Origin: an uncultured archaeon
Lineage (GTDB): Archaea; Halobacteriota; Archaeoglobi; Archaeoglobales; Archaeoglobaceae
Length of the DNA: 64,000 nucleotides
Reading direction: 5' to 3'
Assembly (NCBI GenBank): GCA_964522325.1
Contig: CAZFVO010000001.1
Location: forward strand, 3,394-67,393
Part shown: in pieces, positions 38,058 to 48,678 of the stretch
Layout: every line of letters starts with the position of its first letter
How positions within the stretch are numbered: the first letter of the stretch is position 1
Notes under the pieces: generated by a model
Seen by the model: the letters and a program-made list of their open reading frames with translations, nothing else
What the model was told of the DNA's origin: nothing
Database searches by the model: none
Translations under genes and position numbers: made by a program

Positions 38058-38417
38058 ATGAAAAATAAGAAGATACTCATTGTTGATGACGATTTGACTG
38101 TGTTAGAAGTTTTAAGTTTAATGCTAAAGGATGATTACGAGGTTATAACTGCAACGAATGGAAAGGAAGCTATTGATAAGTACAGAAAGTTTAGGCCAGA
38201 TATTGTTTTGATGGATGTAGTTATGCCAGAAATGGATGGAATTCAGGCAGCTAAGGAAATACTCAAGATAGATCCTAAAGCTAAGATAATAGCGATAAGC
38301 GCCTACGCGAAGCATAGAGGTAAAGACATGCTTGAAGCTGGCGCCATTGATATACTTGACAAACCTTTTACAAGGACTAAACTTATCGAAATAATAAATA
38401 AGCATCTCAGAGAATGA
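38058..38417 (+). CDS. Single-domain response regulator (CheY-like receiver)
   Basis: ILIVDDD, DIVLMDVVMPEMDG, a conserved Lys in DKPF. Confidence 0.9.
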   Translation: MKNKKILIVDDDLTVLEVLSLMLKDDYEVITATNGKEAIDKYRKFRPDIVLMDVVMPEMDGIQAAKEILKIDPKAKIIAISAYAKHRGKDMLEAGAIDILDKPFTRTKLIEIINKHLRE

Positions 38418-38421
38418 CTTT

Positions 38422-39285
38422 GTGCTTTGGCAAGCATTAAAGTCCACAGTGTTCTTCTTCATAAGAACTGCTCCTATTGTCGTCATATCGATTTACGTTA
38501 TCTCCTACCTTAGTAAGAAGAGTTATCTTGTAAGGATAGTCTCAATCTTAAAACTAGAGAGGTTAAACATTAATCCTGTTTCCTTTACAGTATTTACTCT
38601 AAGCTTTTTCAATACGGTAGTAGCTTACTCAATCCTTTCACAGGCTTGGAGGGAGAAAAAAATTGATAAAAGGGACGTCATTGCAACATCCTTACTAAGT
38701 TCATTTCCGAGTGTCTTTAGCCATCTTTATACCTTTTTCATACCCTTTGTTATACCTGTCTTAGGCCTACTCGGTTTGGTGTACACTGCATTAAGGCTAC
38801 TTGTCGCTCTTGTAAAGACACTTATAGGTTACATCTTAGTCAAGAAGGGGAGTGGTAAGTTTGAGGTTAAGTATGATGGTTTATCTGTGTCTGAAAACGT
38901 CGTTAAGGTTTTGGTAATAATGTTCGTCACATATCTATCAGTTGAGATAGCGTACAGTCTTGGCATATTCAAAATCTTGATTGACCCCCTCAAATTTTTA
39001 CCTCTTCATCCATCATCTTTGACTATAGCAGTTCTAGCAATCTTTAACCTTCGATCTGCAATTGTCTTTACTGCTGGACTTGTTGAAAAGGGTTTAAGCT
39101 ACAAGTGGGCTCTTGTAGGTTTAATTCTTGGTAACGTCATAAGCTTCTCAGTGAGATCGGCAAAGCATTCCCTACCCCTTCACGTTTCTCTCTTTGGTAA
39201 GTTCGGTTTGAAGATTGTAATTGTGAATTCCATTATAACTTTCTTCTTAGACTTAGTTATAATACTGGTGCTCCTATTCATCTGA
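38422..39285 (+). CDS. Polytopic membrane protein of unknown function
   Basis: About eight hydrophobic segments. Tightly coupled (4-nt gap) to the receiver gene. No family recognised. Confidence 0.55.
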   Translation: MLWQALKSTVFFFIRTAPIVVISIYVISYLSKKSYLVRIVSILKLERLNINPVSFTVFTLSFFNTVVAYSILSQAWREKKIDKRDVIATSLLSSFPSVFSHLYTFFIPFVIPVLGLLGLVYTALRLLVALVKTLIGYILVKKGSGKFEVKYDGLSVSENVVKVLVIMFVTYLSVEIAYSLGIFKILIDPLKFLPLHPSSLTIAVLAIFNLRSAIVFTAGLVEKGLSYKWALVGLILGNVISFSVRSAKHSLPLHVSLFGKFGLKIVIVNSIITFFLDLVIILVLLFI

Positions 39286-39290
39286 ACGAT

Positions 39291-39302
39291 ATTTTTAAAT
39301 AG
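39291..39302 (+). promoter_or_regulatory. TATA-box-like element (ATTTTTAAATAG) about 27 nt upstream of the Sm-like protein ATG
   Basis: Spacing is compatible with a leaderless LSm-L37e-purF transcript. Confidence 0.4.
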
Positions 39303-39322
39303 TGATTAGCAAACGTTGAGCG

Positions 39323-39547
39323 ATGGCTAAAAGACCACTCGACGTCTTGAACAAAGCCTTACAGACACCAGTGCTTGTAAGGTTAAAGGGAGGTAGGGAG
39401 TTCAGGGGAATCCTAAATGGATATGATATACACATGAACTTGGTACTTGAAAACGCTGAAGAGATTCAGAATGGAGAGGTTGTTAGGAAGTTAGGTAGTG
39501 TTGTGATTAGGGGAGATACAGTTGTATTTGTATCTCCATCGGAGTGA
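39323..39547 (+). CDS. Sm-like archaeal protein (SmAP/LSm)
   Basis: Sm1/Sm2 motifs: V.V.LKGGREF.G.L.GYD.HMNLVL..AEE.......LG.V.IRGD.V. Confidence 0.9.
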   Translation: MAKRPLDVLNKALQTPVLVRLKGGREFRGILNGYDIHMNLVLENAEEIQNGEVVRKLGSVVIRGDTVVFVSPSE

Positions 39548-39553
39548 TGTGGT

Positions 39554-39733
39554 ATGTCGGACGGAACGGCTGCAATGGGAAAGAGGGGAAGGAAAATCGT
39601 TCACGTTAAGTGTAGGAGATGTGGTAAAGTTTCGTTCCACAAGAGGAAGGGCTATTGTGCGCATTGTGGGTTTGGAAGGAGTAAAAAATTGAGGAGTTAC
39701 AACTGGCTTAAAAAGAAAAAGAATAGAACGTAA
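39554..39733 (+). CDS. rpl37e: 50S ribosomal protein L37e (eL37), 59 aa. Below the ORF-track size cutoff.
   Basis: Own translation: MSDGTAAMGKRGRKIVHVKCRRCGKVSFHKRKGYCAHCGFGRSKKLRSYNWLKKKKNRT, with a CxxC...CxxC zinc ribbon. The LSm-L37e pairing is conserved in archaea. Confidence 0.9.
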   Translation: MSDGTAAMGKRGRKIVHVKCRRCGKVSFHKRKGYCAHCGFGRSKKLRSYNWLKKKKNRT

Positions 39734-41110
39734 ATGTGTGGTGTAGTCGGTGTTTACTGCGAGAATGAGGATCTTACCTCTATCCTGACATATTATTCAC
39801 TGTACTCCTTGCAACACCGTGGCCAAGAATCTTCTGGAATAGCCATCTATTCTGATGCTATAAGGATTTACAAGGGAATGGGTTTGGTCACAGAGGTTTT
39901 AAGGGATGTTGTTCCAAAGCTCAAAGGTAAAGTCGCAATAGGTCACGTTAGGTACTCAACGACTGGTGAGTCTAGGATTGAAAATGCTCAACCAATTTTA
40001 GTTAGATCTAAGGTTGGAGAGATAGCGATAGGTCACAACGGAAATCTAGTCAATTATTCACAGCTTAGGGAGATACTTGAGAATGAGGGTAAAGTCTTTT
40101 TAACTACATCCGATACTGAGATAATAGCTCAACTCCTTTCAAACTTTCTAATGAAGCACGACATATATGAATCACTTCAAATCTTAACTCAAAAACTCGT
40201 TGGTAGTTACACTATCATTGTCCTCATAAACGACACATTAGTTGCTTACAGAGACCCTCTCGGCTTTAGACCACTCTGCATAGGTGAAGGCGATTTTGGA
40301 TATGTCATAGCGAGTGAGAGCTGTGCTTTGGATTCTCTTGAGCTTGAGAAGGTTAGGGATGTTAAGCCTGGTGAGGCTGTGATAATTGAAGATGGTAATA
40401 TCGAATTCTTTAGAATTGCAAGGGCTAAGAGATGTGCGATGTGCGTCTTCGAATACATATACTTTGCTAGACCTGATTCGATAATAGATGGTGTTTCAGT
40501 TTATAGAGCGAGGTATAAAATGGGAAAATATCTTGCCAGAGAGAGCTATGTTGATTGTGATATAGTCTCTCCGATTCCAGATAGTGGAACTACATGTGCT
40601 ATAGGGTATTCAGCTGAGTCGAATATACGTTACATGGAGGTTCTCATTAAGAATAGGTATGTCGGTAGAACTTTCATAATGCCCGAACAGAAGCTTAGAG
40701 AACTTTCTGTTAGGCTAAAGGTGAATGTAGTTAGGGAGAATGTGGAAGGTAAAAGGGTAACGCTCGTTGATGACAGTATAGTTAGAGGTACCACTTCGAA
40801 AAGGATCGTTAAAATGGTTAAAAGAGCTGGCGCTAAGGAGGTGCATTTCAGAGTTGGAAGTCCCCCAATAATAGCTCCATGCTACTTCGGGATAGACATG
40901 TCTACAAGAGAAGAGTTGATAGCATATGGGAGAAGTGTTGAAGAGATTGGAAGGATATTATCAGTCGATAGCTTAGCTTATCTGAGTTTGAAGGGATTGA
41001 TTAGGGCAGTTGAAAGGAACGATCTCTGTTTAGCTTGTCTAACTGGAGTATACCCAGTTTACGTTCCCGGTGAAATCTGCGATAACTCTAAATATGAAGT
41101 GAAGTATTAA
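39734..41110 (+). CDS. purF: Amidophosphoribosyltransferase
   Basis: N-terminal nucleophile [20 protein letters not shown] loop [13 protein letters not shown]. Confidence 0.95.
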   Translation: MCGVVGVYCENEDLTSILTYYSLYSLQHRGQESSGIAIYSDAIRIYKGMGLVTEVLRDVVPKLKGKVAIGHVRYSTTGESRIENAQPILVRSKVGEIAIGHNGNLVNYSQLREILENEGKVFLTTSDTEIIAQLLSNFLMKHDIYESLQILTQKLVGSYTIIVLINDTLVAYRDPLGFRPLCIGEGDFGYVIASESCALDSLELEKVRDVKPGEAVIIEDGNIEFFRIARAKRCAMCVFEYIYFARPDSIIDGVSVYRARYKMGKYLARESYVDCDIVSPIPDSGTTCAIGYSAESNIRYMEVLIKNRYVGRTFIMPEQKLRELSVRLKVNVVRENVEGKRVTLVDDSIVRGTTSKRIVKMVKRAGAKEVHFRVGSPPIIAPCYFGIDMSTREELIAYGRSVEEIGRILSVDSLAYLSLKGLIRAVERNDLCLACLTGVYPVYVPGEICDNSKYEVKY

Positions 41111-41114
41111 CTGC

Positions 41115-41594
41115 ATGGGCAGGGCTTGGAAGTTTGGAGATGACGTTAATACGGATGCAATAATTCCGGGTAAATACCTCGTCATAAACGATCCTAAAGA
41201 ACTGGCTAAACACGTTTTTGAAAACGTAAGACCTGAGTTTGCCAAGAACGTTAAGGAGGGTGATTTTGTTGTTAGTGGTGAAAACTTTGGATGTGGAAGC
41301 AGTAGAGAGCACGCACCTCTTTCACTCAAAGCCTTAGGGGTTTACGTTGTTGCAAAGTCATATGCGAGAATATTCTTCAGAAACGCGATAAATATAGGTC
41401 TACCAGCGTTTGAATGTAAGGAGACTGATAGGATAGATGATGGAGACGAATTAAAATTGAATCTTGATAAGAATCTGATAATAAATCTGACCAAAGGTGA
41501 GGAGTATAGGATCAATCCAGTACCAGACTTTCTAAGAGAGATAATGGAATGTGGCGGTTTGATAGAATTTTGTAAGAGGGTGGTAAGATGTTGA
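41115..41594 (+). CDS. leuD: Aconitase-family dehydratase small subunit (3-isopropylmalate/homoaconitate dehydratase LeuD/HacB-like)
   Basis: [31 protein letters not shown], family size about 160 aa. Confidence 0.8.
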   Translation: MGRAWKFGDDVNTDAIIPGKYLVINDPKELAKHVFENVRPEFAKNVKEGDFVVSGENFGCGSSREHAPLSLKALGVYVVAKSYARIFFRNAINIGLPAFECKETDRIDDGDELKLNLDKNLIINLTKGEEYRINPVPDFLREIMECGGLIEFCKRVVRC

Positions 41595-42493
41595 GTGTGA
41601 ATGAGAGAGCTTACAGCATAGTCGAAGATTTGATGGAGTTTGAAGAGGACTATTGTGTTGAGGTTCACGAGCTTAAGAATGGAGCCACTATAATCGATTG
41701 CGGTGTTGAAGCTAAAGGAAGCTATGATGCTGGAATGTTCTTCGTTCAAATTGCCATGGGTGGTTTGGCTGGGATAAACATTCAGCTTGAGAATGTAAAA
41801 GATGTTGCGATACCTTTTGTGTATGTATACACGGATTATCCGGCTCTGGCTTGCTTAGGTTGTCAGATGGCTGGATGGAAGATAGAGGTTAATGGTTTTG
41901 AGGGTTTTGCAAGTGGTCCTGCTAGGGCGTTGGCGTTGAAACCTAAGGAAATATTTGACATATTGGACTATGAGGATGATGCGGAGTATGCCGTTTTGAC
42001 TTTGGAGTCTGATCGTCTTCCAAATGAAGATGTTGCCGAACATGTAGCTTATGAGTGTGATGTTGACACTTCTGAAGTTTATATGCTTGTCACAAAACCT
42101 GATTCGCTTGTTGGGGCAGTTCAGATAGTTGGTAGGGTTATCGAAGTTGCTCTCTTCAAGCTGAACAATCTTGGTTATGATGTTAAGATGATAAGAAATG
42201 CTATGGGTAAATGCCCGATTCCACCAATATGTGAAAAAACAAGCCTAATTGCAAACGACTTCATAGCGTACTATGGATGTGTTCACATCGTGGCAGATAC
42301 TTACAGCGATCTGTTCGAAAGTGCAACGTTTGATAAGACCGCATACTATGGAAAGAGCTTCGAAGAGTTTGGAGACTTTTACAGTGTAGATCCCTCCGTC
42401 TTCGCTCCAGCCCAAATAGTCGTTAACGCTGAAGGTAGATCGAAGGTCTTTGGAAAGCTTAATCCAGACTTCATACTCAAGTACTTTGCATGA
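41588..42493 (+). CDS. mch: Methenyltetrahydromethanopterin cyclohydrolase
   Basis: SVNERA..IVE.L.......V.V.EL.NG.T.IDCGV.A.G...AG..F..I.MGGLA matches the Mch N-terminal region (from memory). Length about 300 aa. Confidence 0.8.
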   Translation: MLSVNERAYSIVEDLMEFEEDYCVEVHELKNGATIIDCGVEAKGSYDAGMFFVQIAMGGLAGINIQLENVKDVAIPFVYVYTDYPALACLGCQMAGWKIEVNGFEGFASGPARALALKPKEIFDILDYEDDAEYAVLTLESDRLPNEDVAEHVAYECDVDTSEVYMLVTKPDSLVGAVQIVGRVIEVALFKLNNLGYDVKMIRNAMGKCPIPPICEKTSLIANDFIAYYGCVHIVADTYSDLFESATFDKTAYYGKSFEEFGDFYSVDPSVFAPAQIVVNAEGRSKVFGKLNPDFILKYFA

Positions 42494-43353
42494 TATATGT
42501 AACCGGAGCCAGTGGAAGACTTGGAAGAGTCGTTTTGAAAAAGATTGACGGTATTCCTCTAGTTAGGAGGAGTGTAGGTCTGAAAAATGAAGTTGTAACC
42601 AATTACGATGTCGAGGAGTTGGGGAAAATATTCAGAGATGCCAAAGCCGTTTTACACATAGCGGGAAGCATGAAGTTTAACGATAGAAAATCTCTTTGGG
42701 AAGGAAACGTTAAGATTACGGAGAATGTTGTCAACGCACTACCAAGCAATACTAAAATAATATTTGCAAGTACGATAGCGGTTTACGGTTCAAATCCCCC
42801 TTACATGGCCAATGAAGAGACTGAAATAAATCCCGATAACGAGTATGCTAAAACTAAGGCTAAAGCTGAGGAGATCGTCAAATCTCATAGGAGACACGTA
42901 ATATTGAGAATTGGACCAATTTATGGAGTTCAGTACGAAGAGTATTTAAAAATGATCTCTCTAATTAGTAAGGGAGTAATTCCCATTATTGGAAGTGGAA
43001 AGAATAGGATTCCATTCGTCCATGTTGATGACGTTGCAAATTGCTTTGTTGAGTCTTTAAGGAGGGATGTTGAAGGTGTTTATGTTGTGTGTGGGAAGTC
43101 TGAGAGATTGAGGGATATAATGGTTTTTACAGCGAGATTGTTGAGAAAAAGGTTTTTTATACTTCGAATACCAAAGAACTTGGCAAGATGTCTTGCAAAA
43201 CCTTTGGGGTTAGAGGAGCATGTGAAGGTTTTGACAAGTGACAGGGTGTTTGACATAAGTAAGGCTATGAGAGAGCTAGGTTTTAAGCCAAGAGAAATTT
43301 GGGATGGAATTAGAGAGATTGTCAATTACTGGAGGAGTAGAAATGAGAGGTAA
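42490..43353 (+). CDS. NAD-dependent epimerase/dehydratase family protein
   Basis: Rossmann MIYVTGASGRLG, Y..TK catalytic pair (YAKTKAKAE). Confidence 0.75.
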   Translation: MIYVTGASGRLGRVVLKKIDGIPLVRRSVGLKNEVVTNYDVEELGKIFRDAKAVLHIAGSMKFNDRKSLWEGNVKITENVVNALPSNTKIIFASTIAVYGSNPPYMANEETEINPDNEYAKTKAKAEEIVKSHRRHVILRIGPIYGVQYEEYLKMISLISKGVIPIIGSGKNRIPFVHVDDVANCFVESLRRDVEGVYVVCGKSERLRDIMVFTARLLRKRFFILRIPKNLARCLAKPLGLEEHVKVLTSDRVFDISKAMRELGFKPREIWDGIREIVNYWRSRNER

Positions 43354-44128
43354 GGTTGAAAGCTACATCCTTGAAAACATAATAGATAAGGGTGGTCTGC
43401 TCTTCGGTGTCATAGATCCTTTAGACTATCGAAGTTTAGATGATGCTGTTGAAACGGCTAGGAGGGTTTATGAGGGCGGAGCAGATGTAATTTTGGTTGG
43501 TGGAAGTATAGGTGTTCAGGGTGAACCCTTGGATTATGTAGTTAAAGAAATTAAGAGAGTTGTTGACATACCCGTTGTACTCTTTCCTGGTAACATAGGG
43601 ACGATAACGAGGTATGCCGATGCGCTTTACTTCATGTCACTCCTAAATTCAAGGAATCCCTACTGGATAACCAGAGCTCAAATGCAATCTGCTTTTCTGA
43701 TAAGAAGCTTGGGGTTAGAGCCTTTACCAGTTGGTTACATAGTGGTTGAGCCTGGAGGAACGGTAGGGTATGTGGGTGAAGCTGATTTAATACCGAGGGA
43801 TAGACCTAAGCTTGCTTCAGCTTACGCTTTGGCTGGTCAGTTTATGGGGTTTAGGTTTATAGTTACGGATGCAGGTAGTAATCCGAAGGAAGGACACATA
43901 CCTCTTGAGATGGTTAGAGAGGTCGCAAATTCAATCGATATACCTTACATAGTGGCTGGAGGAGTTAGAAAGCCAGAAGAGGCTAAGAAAATAATAGAAT
44001 GTGGTGCCGATGCAGTTCAGATTGGAACAGCCTTTGAGATGGACAGTGCGGTTGATAGAGTAAAGTCTTTTGTTAAAGCAGTTAGGGAGGGAGGTAAGAG
44101 AAAGAAAAGGAAAATTCGTTATGAGTGA
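43343..44128 (+). CDS. Geranylgeranylglyceryl phosphate synthase (PcrB/GGGPS family)
   Basis: IDP, GG.D.I.VGGS, FPG, a C-terminal GGG-like VAGGVR....A......GAD.VQ.GT. Start taken at the second Met. Confidence 0.8.
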   Translation: MRGKVESYILENIIDKGGLLFGVIDPLDYRSLDDAVETARRVYEGGADVILVGGSIGVQGEPLDYVVKEIKRVVDIPVVLFPGNIGTITRYADALYFMSLLNSRNPYWITRAQMQSAFLIRSLGLEPLPVGYIVVEPGGTVGYVGEADLIPRDRPKLASAYALAGQFMGFRFIVTDAGSNPKEGHIPLEMVREVANSIDIPYIVAGGVRKPEEAKKIIECGADAVQIGTAFEMDSAVDRVKSFVKAVREGGKRKKRKIRYE

Positions 44129-44519
44129 CCCTATCTCCCGTTTTGTTAGTAAGGTCGTTTTGATCGCAATTATACCAACAATCTTAGCTATGATACTGTT
44201 ACCAGAAGTGTTAAAGTTAGCTGTTTTGCCGTATTTAGGACTGATAATTGTGCTTTTAACTAAGATGATGTACGAAGATACACTTTTTCAATGTCCCAGC
44301 TGTAAAAATCTATTCAAACCCAATTTTATCGACTTCGTTTTATCCCCAAACCAAACATATTACAAGCTTTTGAAGTGTCCTCATTGTAACGAAATCAATT
44401 GGTGTCCTATAAAGGTTTTTAGAGGTGAAGGGGTTAATGTAAGGATAAAACCTATTAAGGAGGATTTAAACGCCAACTTGAAAGTTCCTTTAGCTGTTGT
44501 AACATTTTTTACGTCTTAG
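44121..44519 (+). CDS. Small membrane protein with a CPxC...CPxC zinc-ribbon insert, function unknown
   Basis: Two N-terminal TM helices, then QCPSCKNLF...LKCPHCNE. Start at MSDPIS overlaps the GGGPS stop. Confidence 0.5.
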   Translation: MSDPISRFVSKVVLIAIIPTILAMILLPEVLKLAVLPYLGLIIVLLTKMMYEDTLFQCPSCKNLFKPNFIDFVLSPNQTYYKLLKCPHCNEINWCPIKVFRGEGVNVRIKPIKEDLNANLKVPLAVVTFFTS

Positions 44520-44712
44520 GCCTAATTCCTTTAATTTTGAATTTCAATTTAGCCTTACTCTTTGCCTCAACTTTGATATATTCAATTTATGCGTCTATGA
44601 CTTTAAATGCCATTAGGAAGGGATATAGAAGTGGAGTAATAGTGGTGGTATCTTATATCATCGTCATGCCTTTAATAATCTTCACATTTTTGGGATTTGT
44701 TGTAAAATGAGA

Positions 44713-44786
44713 TGCCCGGACCCGGATTTGAACCGGGGACCACGCGGTCTTCAGCCGCGCGCTCTCCCAGGCTGAGCTACCCGGGC
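44713..44786 (-). tRNA. tRNA-Phe (anticodon GAA)
   Basis: Acceptor GCCCGGG/UCCGGGC, anticodon loop CUGAAGA, T-loop UUCAAAU. Confidence 0.95.
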
Positions 44787-44815
44787 TCAATTATAAATAA
44801 CACATAAGGGTATTT

Positions 44816-45328
44816 TTAATTTTTGGTTATAACTTTCTTACCTCTCTCACATGGTATGACCCTTATCTTGGCATCTTCAAACTCCAATCTGAATACTGCT
44901 CCATCCAAAACTCTGTCCAAGAAAACAGCCAAAGCTGCTACTTCGCTATGAGGCTGAGTGCCTATCGATATATTCATATCAGAGAGATCATAAACCTCTC
45001 TTGGAACCTTCTCTGCTCCAACTATGACAAGAATTTTCTCATGCTTCTTTATATCTTCAATCCTTTCTGTTAAGGGAACACCGTACATGGTTAAATGGAC
45101 CTTTAATCCCTCAAAATTCCTTAAAAGTCTCTTCCAGTTTACATGTTCTATGAAAAAATCACCACCCCATCTTCTTACAACATCTCTAACACTCTCGAAA
45201 ACTTTTTCATCGTAAGTGTCAAAATATATCCCCTTAGCTCCAAAAGCTCTTGCGGTTAAAGCTACGTGTGTTGAAATCCTCTTATCTCTCTCAGGTCTGT
45301 GTCCTAACCTTAAAACGTAAACTTCCAT
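44816..45328 (-). CDS. trm56: tRNA (cytidine56-2'-O)-methyltransferase aTrm56 (SPOUT)
   Basis: [29 protein letters not shown] is the aTrm56 signature N-terminus. Confidence 0.85.
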   Translation of the reverse strand: MEVYVLRLGHRPERDKRISTHVALTARAFGAKGIYFDTYDEKVFESVRDVVRRWGGDFFIEHVNWKRLLRNFEGLKVHLTMYGVPLTERIEDIKKHEKILVIVGAEKVPREVYDLSDMNISIGTQPHSEVAALAVFLDRVLDGAVFRLEFEDAKIRVIPCERGKKVITKN

Positions 45329-45345
45329 GTGTTTGAAATAACGGT

Positions 45346-45357
45346 AAACTATTTAAG
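45346..45357 (+). promoter_or_regulatory. BRE/TATA-like element (AAACTATTTAAG) about 29 nt upstream of tRNA-Ile, in the divergent spacer shared with trm56
   Basis: AT-rich box at the canonical distance from the tRNA 5' end. Confidence 0.4.
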
Positions 45358-45380
45358 TTGTAAGTTTCTACTCTCCTCAA

Positions 45381-45455
45381 GGGCCCGTGGCTCAGCCTGG
45401 TTAGAGCGTGCGCCTGATAAGCGCAAGGTCCGGGGTTCAAATCCCCGCGGGCCCA
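45381..45455 (+). tRNA. tRNA-Ile (anticodon GAU)
   Basis: Acceptor GGGCCCG/CGGGCCC, anticodon loop CUGAUAA. Confidence 0.95.
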
Positions 45456-45553
45456 CTTAGTGTTCTAAGATTATCTCCATAACTTTACTTTTTTCATAAA
45501 ATTATAAACCTATCTAACGTCAATACTCTTAAAAACGTGTAGAAGATAATTGA

Positions 45554-46054
45554 ATGGGGAGTAGCTATGGGACTATTCCACGAAGAAGTAAAGAGAAAGG
45601 TTGTAAACGAATTGGCAAGAAATGGGTAGTAGTTAAGACGGAAGCATGGTTATCGACATCTAATACTAGTGTAAAGTGGATTAAGCCATATGTGCACATG
45701 AATTTCTTTAAGATAAGCCCATACAGACATTTACACAATCCAAGATTTCAGACTCGTATAGATATACTTGCAGTATTGATTGAAGATGTTTGGCTAATTG
45801 GGAGATTACCATCGGAAGAAATAGCAAAAAGAACAATGCTAATAGAAGTTGAAGATAAGCATTCGATAGAAGAAGCAATTAAAAGAATAAAACCTTACGA
45901 AGTAGGAGCAAAAGCGATAGTAAAAATTGGAATAAGCAAGGGAGGAGAATTAGATGGAATTCCAATTTTAAAAGCTGAGAGAGATATTTTTGGTGACTGG
46001 TATATCGAAGGATTATATGAACTTGTACTAAATCATAAAGAAATTATAAAATGA
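45554..46054 (+). CDS. Orphan hypothetical protein in an AT-rich islet. N-terminal frame ambiguous.
   Basis: 166-codon ORF, visibly A-rich with AGA/ATA/AAA-heavy codon usage compared with neighbours. No family recognised with confidence. Confidence 0.4.
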   Translation: MGSSYGTIPRRSKEKGCKRIGKKWVVVKTEAWLSTSNTSVKWIKPYVHMNFFKISPYRHLHNPRFQTRIDILAVLIEDVWLIGRLPSEEIAKRTMLIEVEDKHSIEEAIKRIKPYEVGAKAIVKIGISKGGELDGIPILKAERDIFGDWYIEGLYELVLNHKEIIK

Positions 46055-46145
46055 ATATAAAAACTAAATAAAAATTAATATTCTGTAATAATTAATATTT
46101 GTAACATATAATTAAATATAATTAAAAATTATTTACTTGCTTACT

Positions 46146-46424
46146 TTATCTCATAGCCTTCTTTCCTTCTTCACTCAACTTTTCTTTATCAACAAAAACG
46201 ACTGCGTACTTTAAAAGTTCGTCGAACTCGTCCAAATCTACATCTTTAAAGACATCTGCGGAGATTGCAAACTTTACAACGAAGTGCTTTTTGACACCCA
46301 GATGAGTTTCCATTTCTTCAATATCGACATCTAAAATATCGCTCGATACAACCGCAATCTTACCTTCAACGTTCTTCTTTATGAAGTCTAAAAAGGAATT
46401 TTCCCCAAATAAATATGTGGGCAT
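46146..46424 (-). CDS. Small acidic hypothetical protein (92 aa) directly downstream of EF-2
   Basis: ORF track entry. 30-nt gap after the EF-2 stop, same strand. No motif recognised. Confidence 0.5.
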   Translation of the reverse strand: MPTYLFGENSFLDFIKKNVEGKIAVVSSDILDVDIEEMETHLGVKKHFVVKFAISADVFKDVDLDEFDELLKYAVVFVDKEKLSEEGKKAMR

Positions 46425-46454
46425 AAAAGTAGTGGCATTGCAAAGATAAAAATT

Positions 46455-48650
46455 TTAGGGTAGAAAATCTTCTGGCTTTGGTAGTTCGAGTTTCATTCCC
46501 TTCCTCTGTCTAACCTCCATGATGAACTGTTCAAGCAGAGCTTGTGGAACTGGCTCGAACCCTGCATGTTCAACGCTCCACATGGCTTTACCGGCAGTTG
46601 CAGACCTTATCGAATTTGCGAATCCGAACATCTCCTTAACTGGAGCTTTTGCAACGACTGTAACTAAGTCACCCTCAGTTCTCATCTCAAGTATCTGTCC
46701 TCTCCTTCCCTGAATCTCTCTCGTTACATTGCCCAACATTTCTTGTGGTACTGTTATGAACACCTTCTGGTAAGGCTCAAGCAAAGTTGGATTTGCCTGC
46801 AACATGGCAGCGTATATTGCTCCCTTTACAGCCGGAATAACCTGTGCTGGACCTCTATGTACTGCATCCTCGTGGAGCTTACAGTCGACCAACTTCACCT
46901 TTAAACCCATACAAGGCTCTTTAGCCAAAGGCCCAGCACTCATAGCCTCTCTGAATCCCTGAACTATCAGATCCATGGTCTCATGTAGGTACTGAATACC
47001 CTTCGTTACATCGCAGAATACATTGCCCTCATAGTAATCCTGTATACCATCCGCCTCCTCCTTTGTTAAGCCAGCCTCTATCAACTTCTTTCTCAACTCC
47101 TTCTTGTCAGCTTTCCTTATATCTATGTTCTCATCTTTGAACAACTGGATTACTTCCTGTGGGAGTGGTTCAACGACGATGTAGAACTTGTTGTGTCTGT
47201 TTGGCGATTTACCTTCAACAACTGGTGATGTCTTTGTAACGGTTTCTCTGAATACGACTATGGGCGGTGATGTAATTACCTCTATTCCCTTCTCCCTCCT
47301 TATCTTTTCAACCTTAACCTCTAGGTGGAGTTCACCCATTCCACTTATGAGGTGTTCACCGGTCTCCTCGTTGAGTGTAACATGGAGCGTTGGATCCTCC
47401 TTAGCTAATTGCCTCAAAACTTCTATCAACTTGGGTAAATCTCTCGGATTCTTAGCCTCTATGGCCATAGTAACGACCGGCTCACTTATGTGTTTGATCG
47501 ATTCAAACGGTGTGAAGTTCTCAATTGTTGAACATGTTGAACCGGCAACGGCATCTCTCAAACCGACAACGGCAACTATGTTTCCAGCTGGCACTTCTGG
47601 CAGTTCAACCCTCTTTGGACCCATAAATACTCCAACTGTCTGAACTCTGTTCTTCGTCTTCCTGTCAACTAAGTACAGTTCCATACCTGGTTTAAGCGTT
47701 CCGCTGTAAAGCCTTCCAACTGCCACTTCGCCAGCGTGGGGATCTATGACTATCTTGGTTATCATCAAAGCAACTGGTCCTTTAGGATCACATTTAACCA
47801 TAGCTTGCCCTTCTGGACTGTCAACATCTCCCTTCCAGATTACTTTGATTCTCTCTTTTTGAGCCTCAATAGGAGAAGGTAGATGTCTTATAACCATATC
47901 CAAAACAACTCTGTGAAGTGGTGACCTCTTTGAAAGTTCCTTCCAATTATCTTCCTTTAGATACTTGTAAACTTCCTTAAAACCGACACCAGTTTCCTTC
48001 ATTGAAGGAACACTCACTGCCCACTTGTACAGAGCTGAACCGAATGCTACACTACCGTCTTCAACTTTAATCATCCATTCCTTGTACTTCTCTGGCTTCA
48101 TAGCCTTTATAAGCTTGTTTACATCCGTTATGACTCTGATAAGCCTTTCTTGCATTTGATCTGGTGTAAGCTCAAGTTCTCTAATCAGTCTATCAACCTT
48201 GTTGATGAAGAGAACTGGTTTCACGTTTTCCCTCAAGGCTTGTCTTAGAACAGTTTCGGTCTGAGGCATCACACCTTCCACAGCATCAACGACCACTATA
48301 ACTCCATCAACAGCCCTCATCGCTCTCGTTACATCTCCACCGAAGTCTACATGTCCAGGGGTGTCGATCAGGTTGATGAGGTACTCCTTACCTTTGTACT
48401 CGTGAACCATCGAGACGTTAGCAGCTTGAATTGTTATACCCCTCTCTCTTTCCTGCTCATCGAAGTCTAAGTAGAGTTGTTGCCCAGCCAACTCTTCACT
48501 GATCATTCCAGCTCCAGCAAGTAGATTATCCGACAATGTGGTTTTACCATGGTCTATATGGGCTACTATGCCCATGTTTCTTATTCTTTCTGGCATCCAC
48601 ATCAGTTCCTTGATTTTATCAATCATCTTCTTTGCTCTCGTCATAACCAA
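46455..48650 (-). CDS. fusA: Translation elongation factor 2 (aEF-2)
   Basis: [23 protein letters not shown], and a diphthamide-region HEDAVHRG. Confidence 0.97.
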   Translation of the reverse strand: MVMTRAKKMIDKIKELMWMPERIRNMGIVAHIDHGKTTLSDNLLAGAGMISEELAGQQLYLDFDEQERERGITIQAANVSMVHEYKGKEYLINLIDTPGHVDFGGDVTRAMRAVDGVIVVVDAVEGVMPQTETVLRQALRENVKPVLFINKVDRLIRELELTPDQMQERLIRVITDVNKLIKAMKPEKYKEWMIKVEDGSVAFGSALYKWAVSVPSMKETGVGFKEVYKYLKEDNWKELSKRSPLHRVVLDMVIRHLPSPIEAQKERIKVIWKGDVDSPEGQAMVKCDPKGPVALMITKIVIDPHAGEVAVGRLYSGTLKPGMELYLVDRKTKNRVQTVGVFMGPKRVELPEVPAGNIVAVVGLRDAVAGSTCSTIENFTPFESIKHISEPVVTMAIEAKNPRDLPKLIEVLRQLAKEDPTLHVTLNEETGEHLISGMGELHLEVKVEKIRREKGIEVITSPPIVVFRETVTKTSPVVEGKSPNRHNKFYIVVEPLPQEVIQLFKDENIDIRKADKKELRKKLIEAGLTKEEADGIQDYYEGNVFCDVTKGIQYLHETMDLIVQGFREAMSAGPLAKEPCMGLKVKLVDCKLHEDAVHRGPAQVIPAVKGAIYAAMLQANPTLLEPYQKVFITVPQEMLGNVTREIQGRRGQILEMRTEGDLVTVVAKAPVKEMFGFANSIRSATAGKAMWSVEHAGFEPVPQALLEQFIMEVRQRKGMKLELPKPEDFLP

Positions 48651-48678
48651 TCACCCTCAAGCTGAGGTTAAAAAAAGG

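Noticed and set aside
45381-46145. A complete integrated element at tRNA-Ile
   Set aside because: No duplicated tRNA 3'-end (att) sequence and no integrase. Only the compositional islet is reported as a finding.
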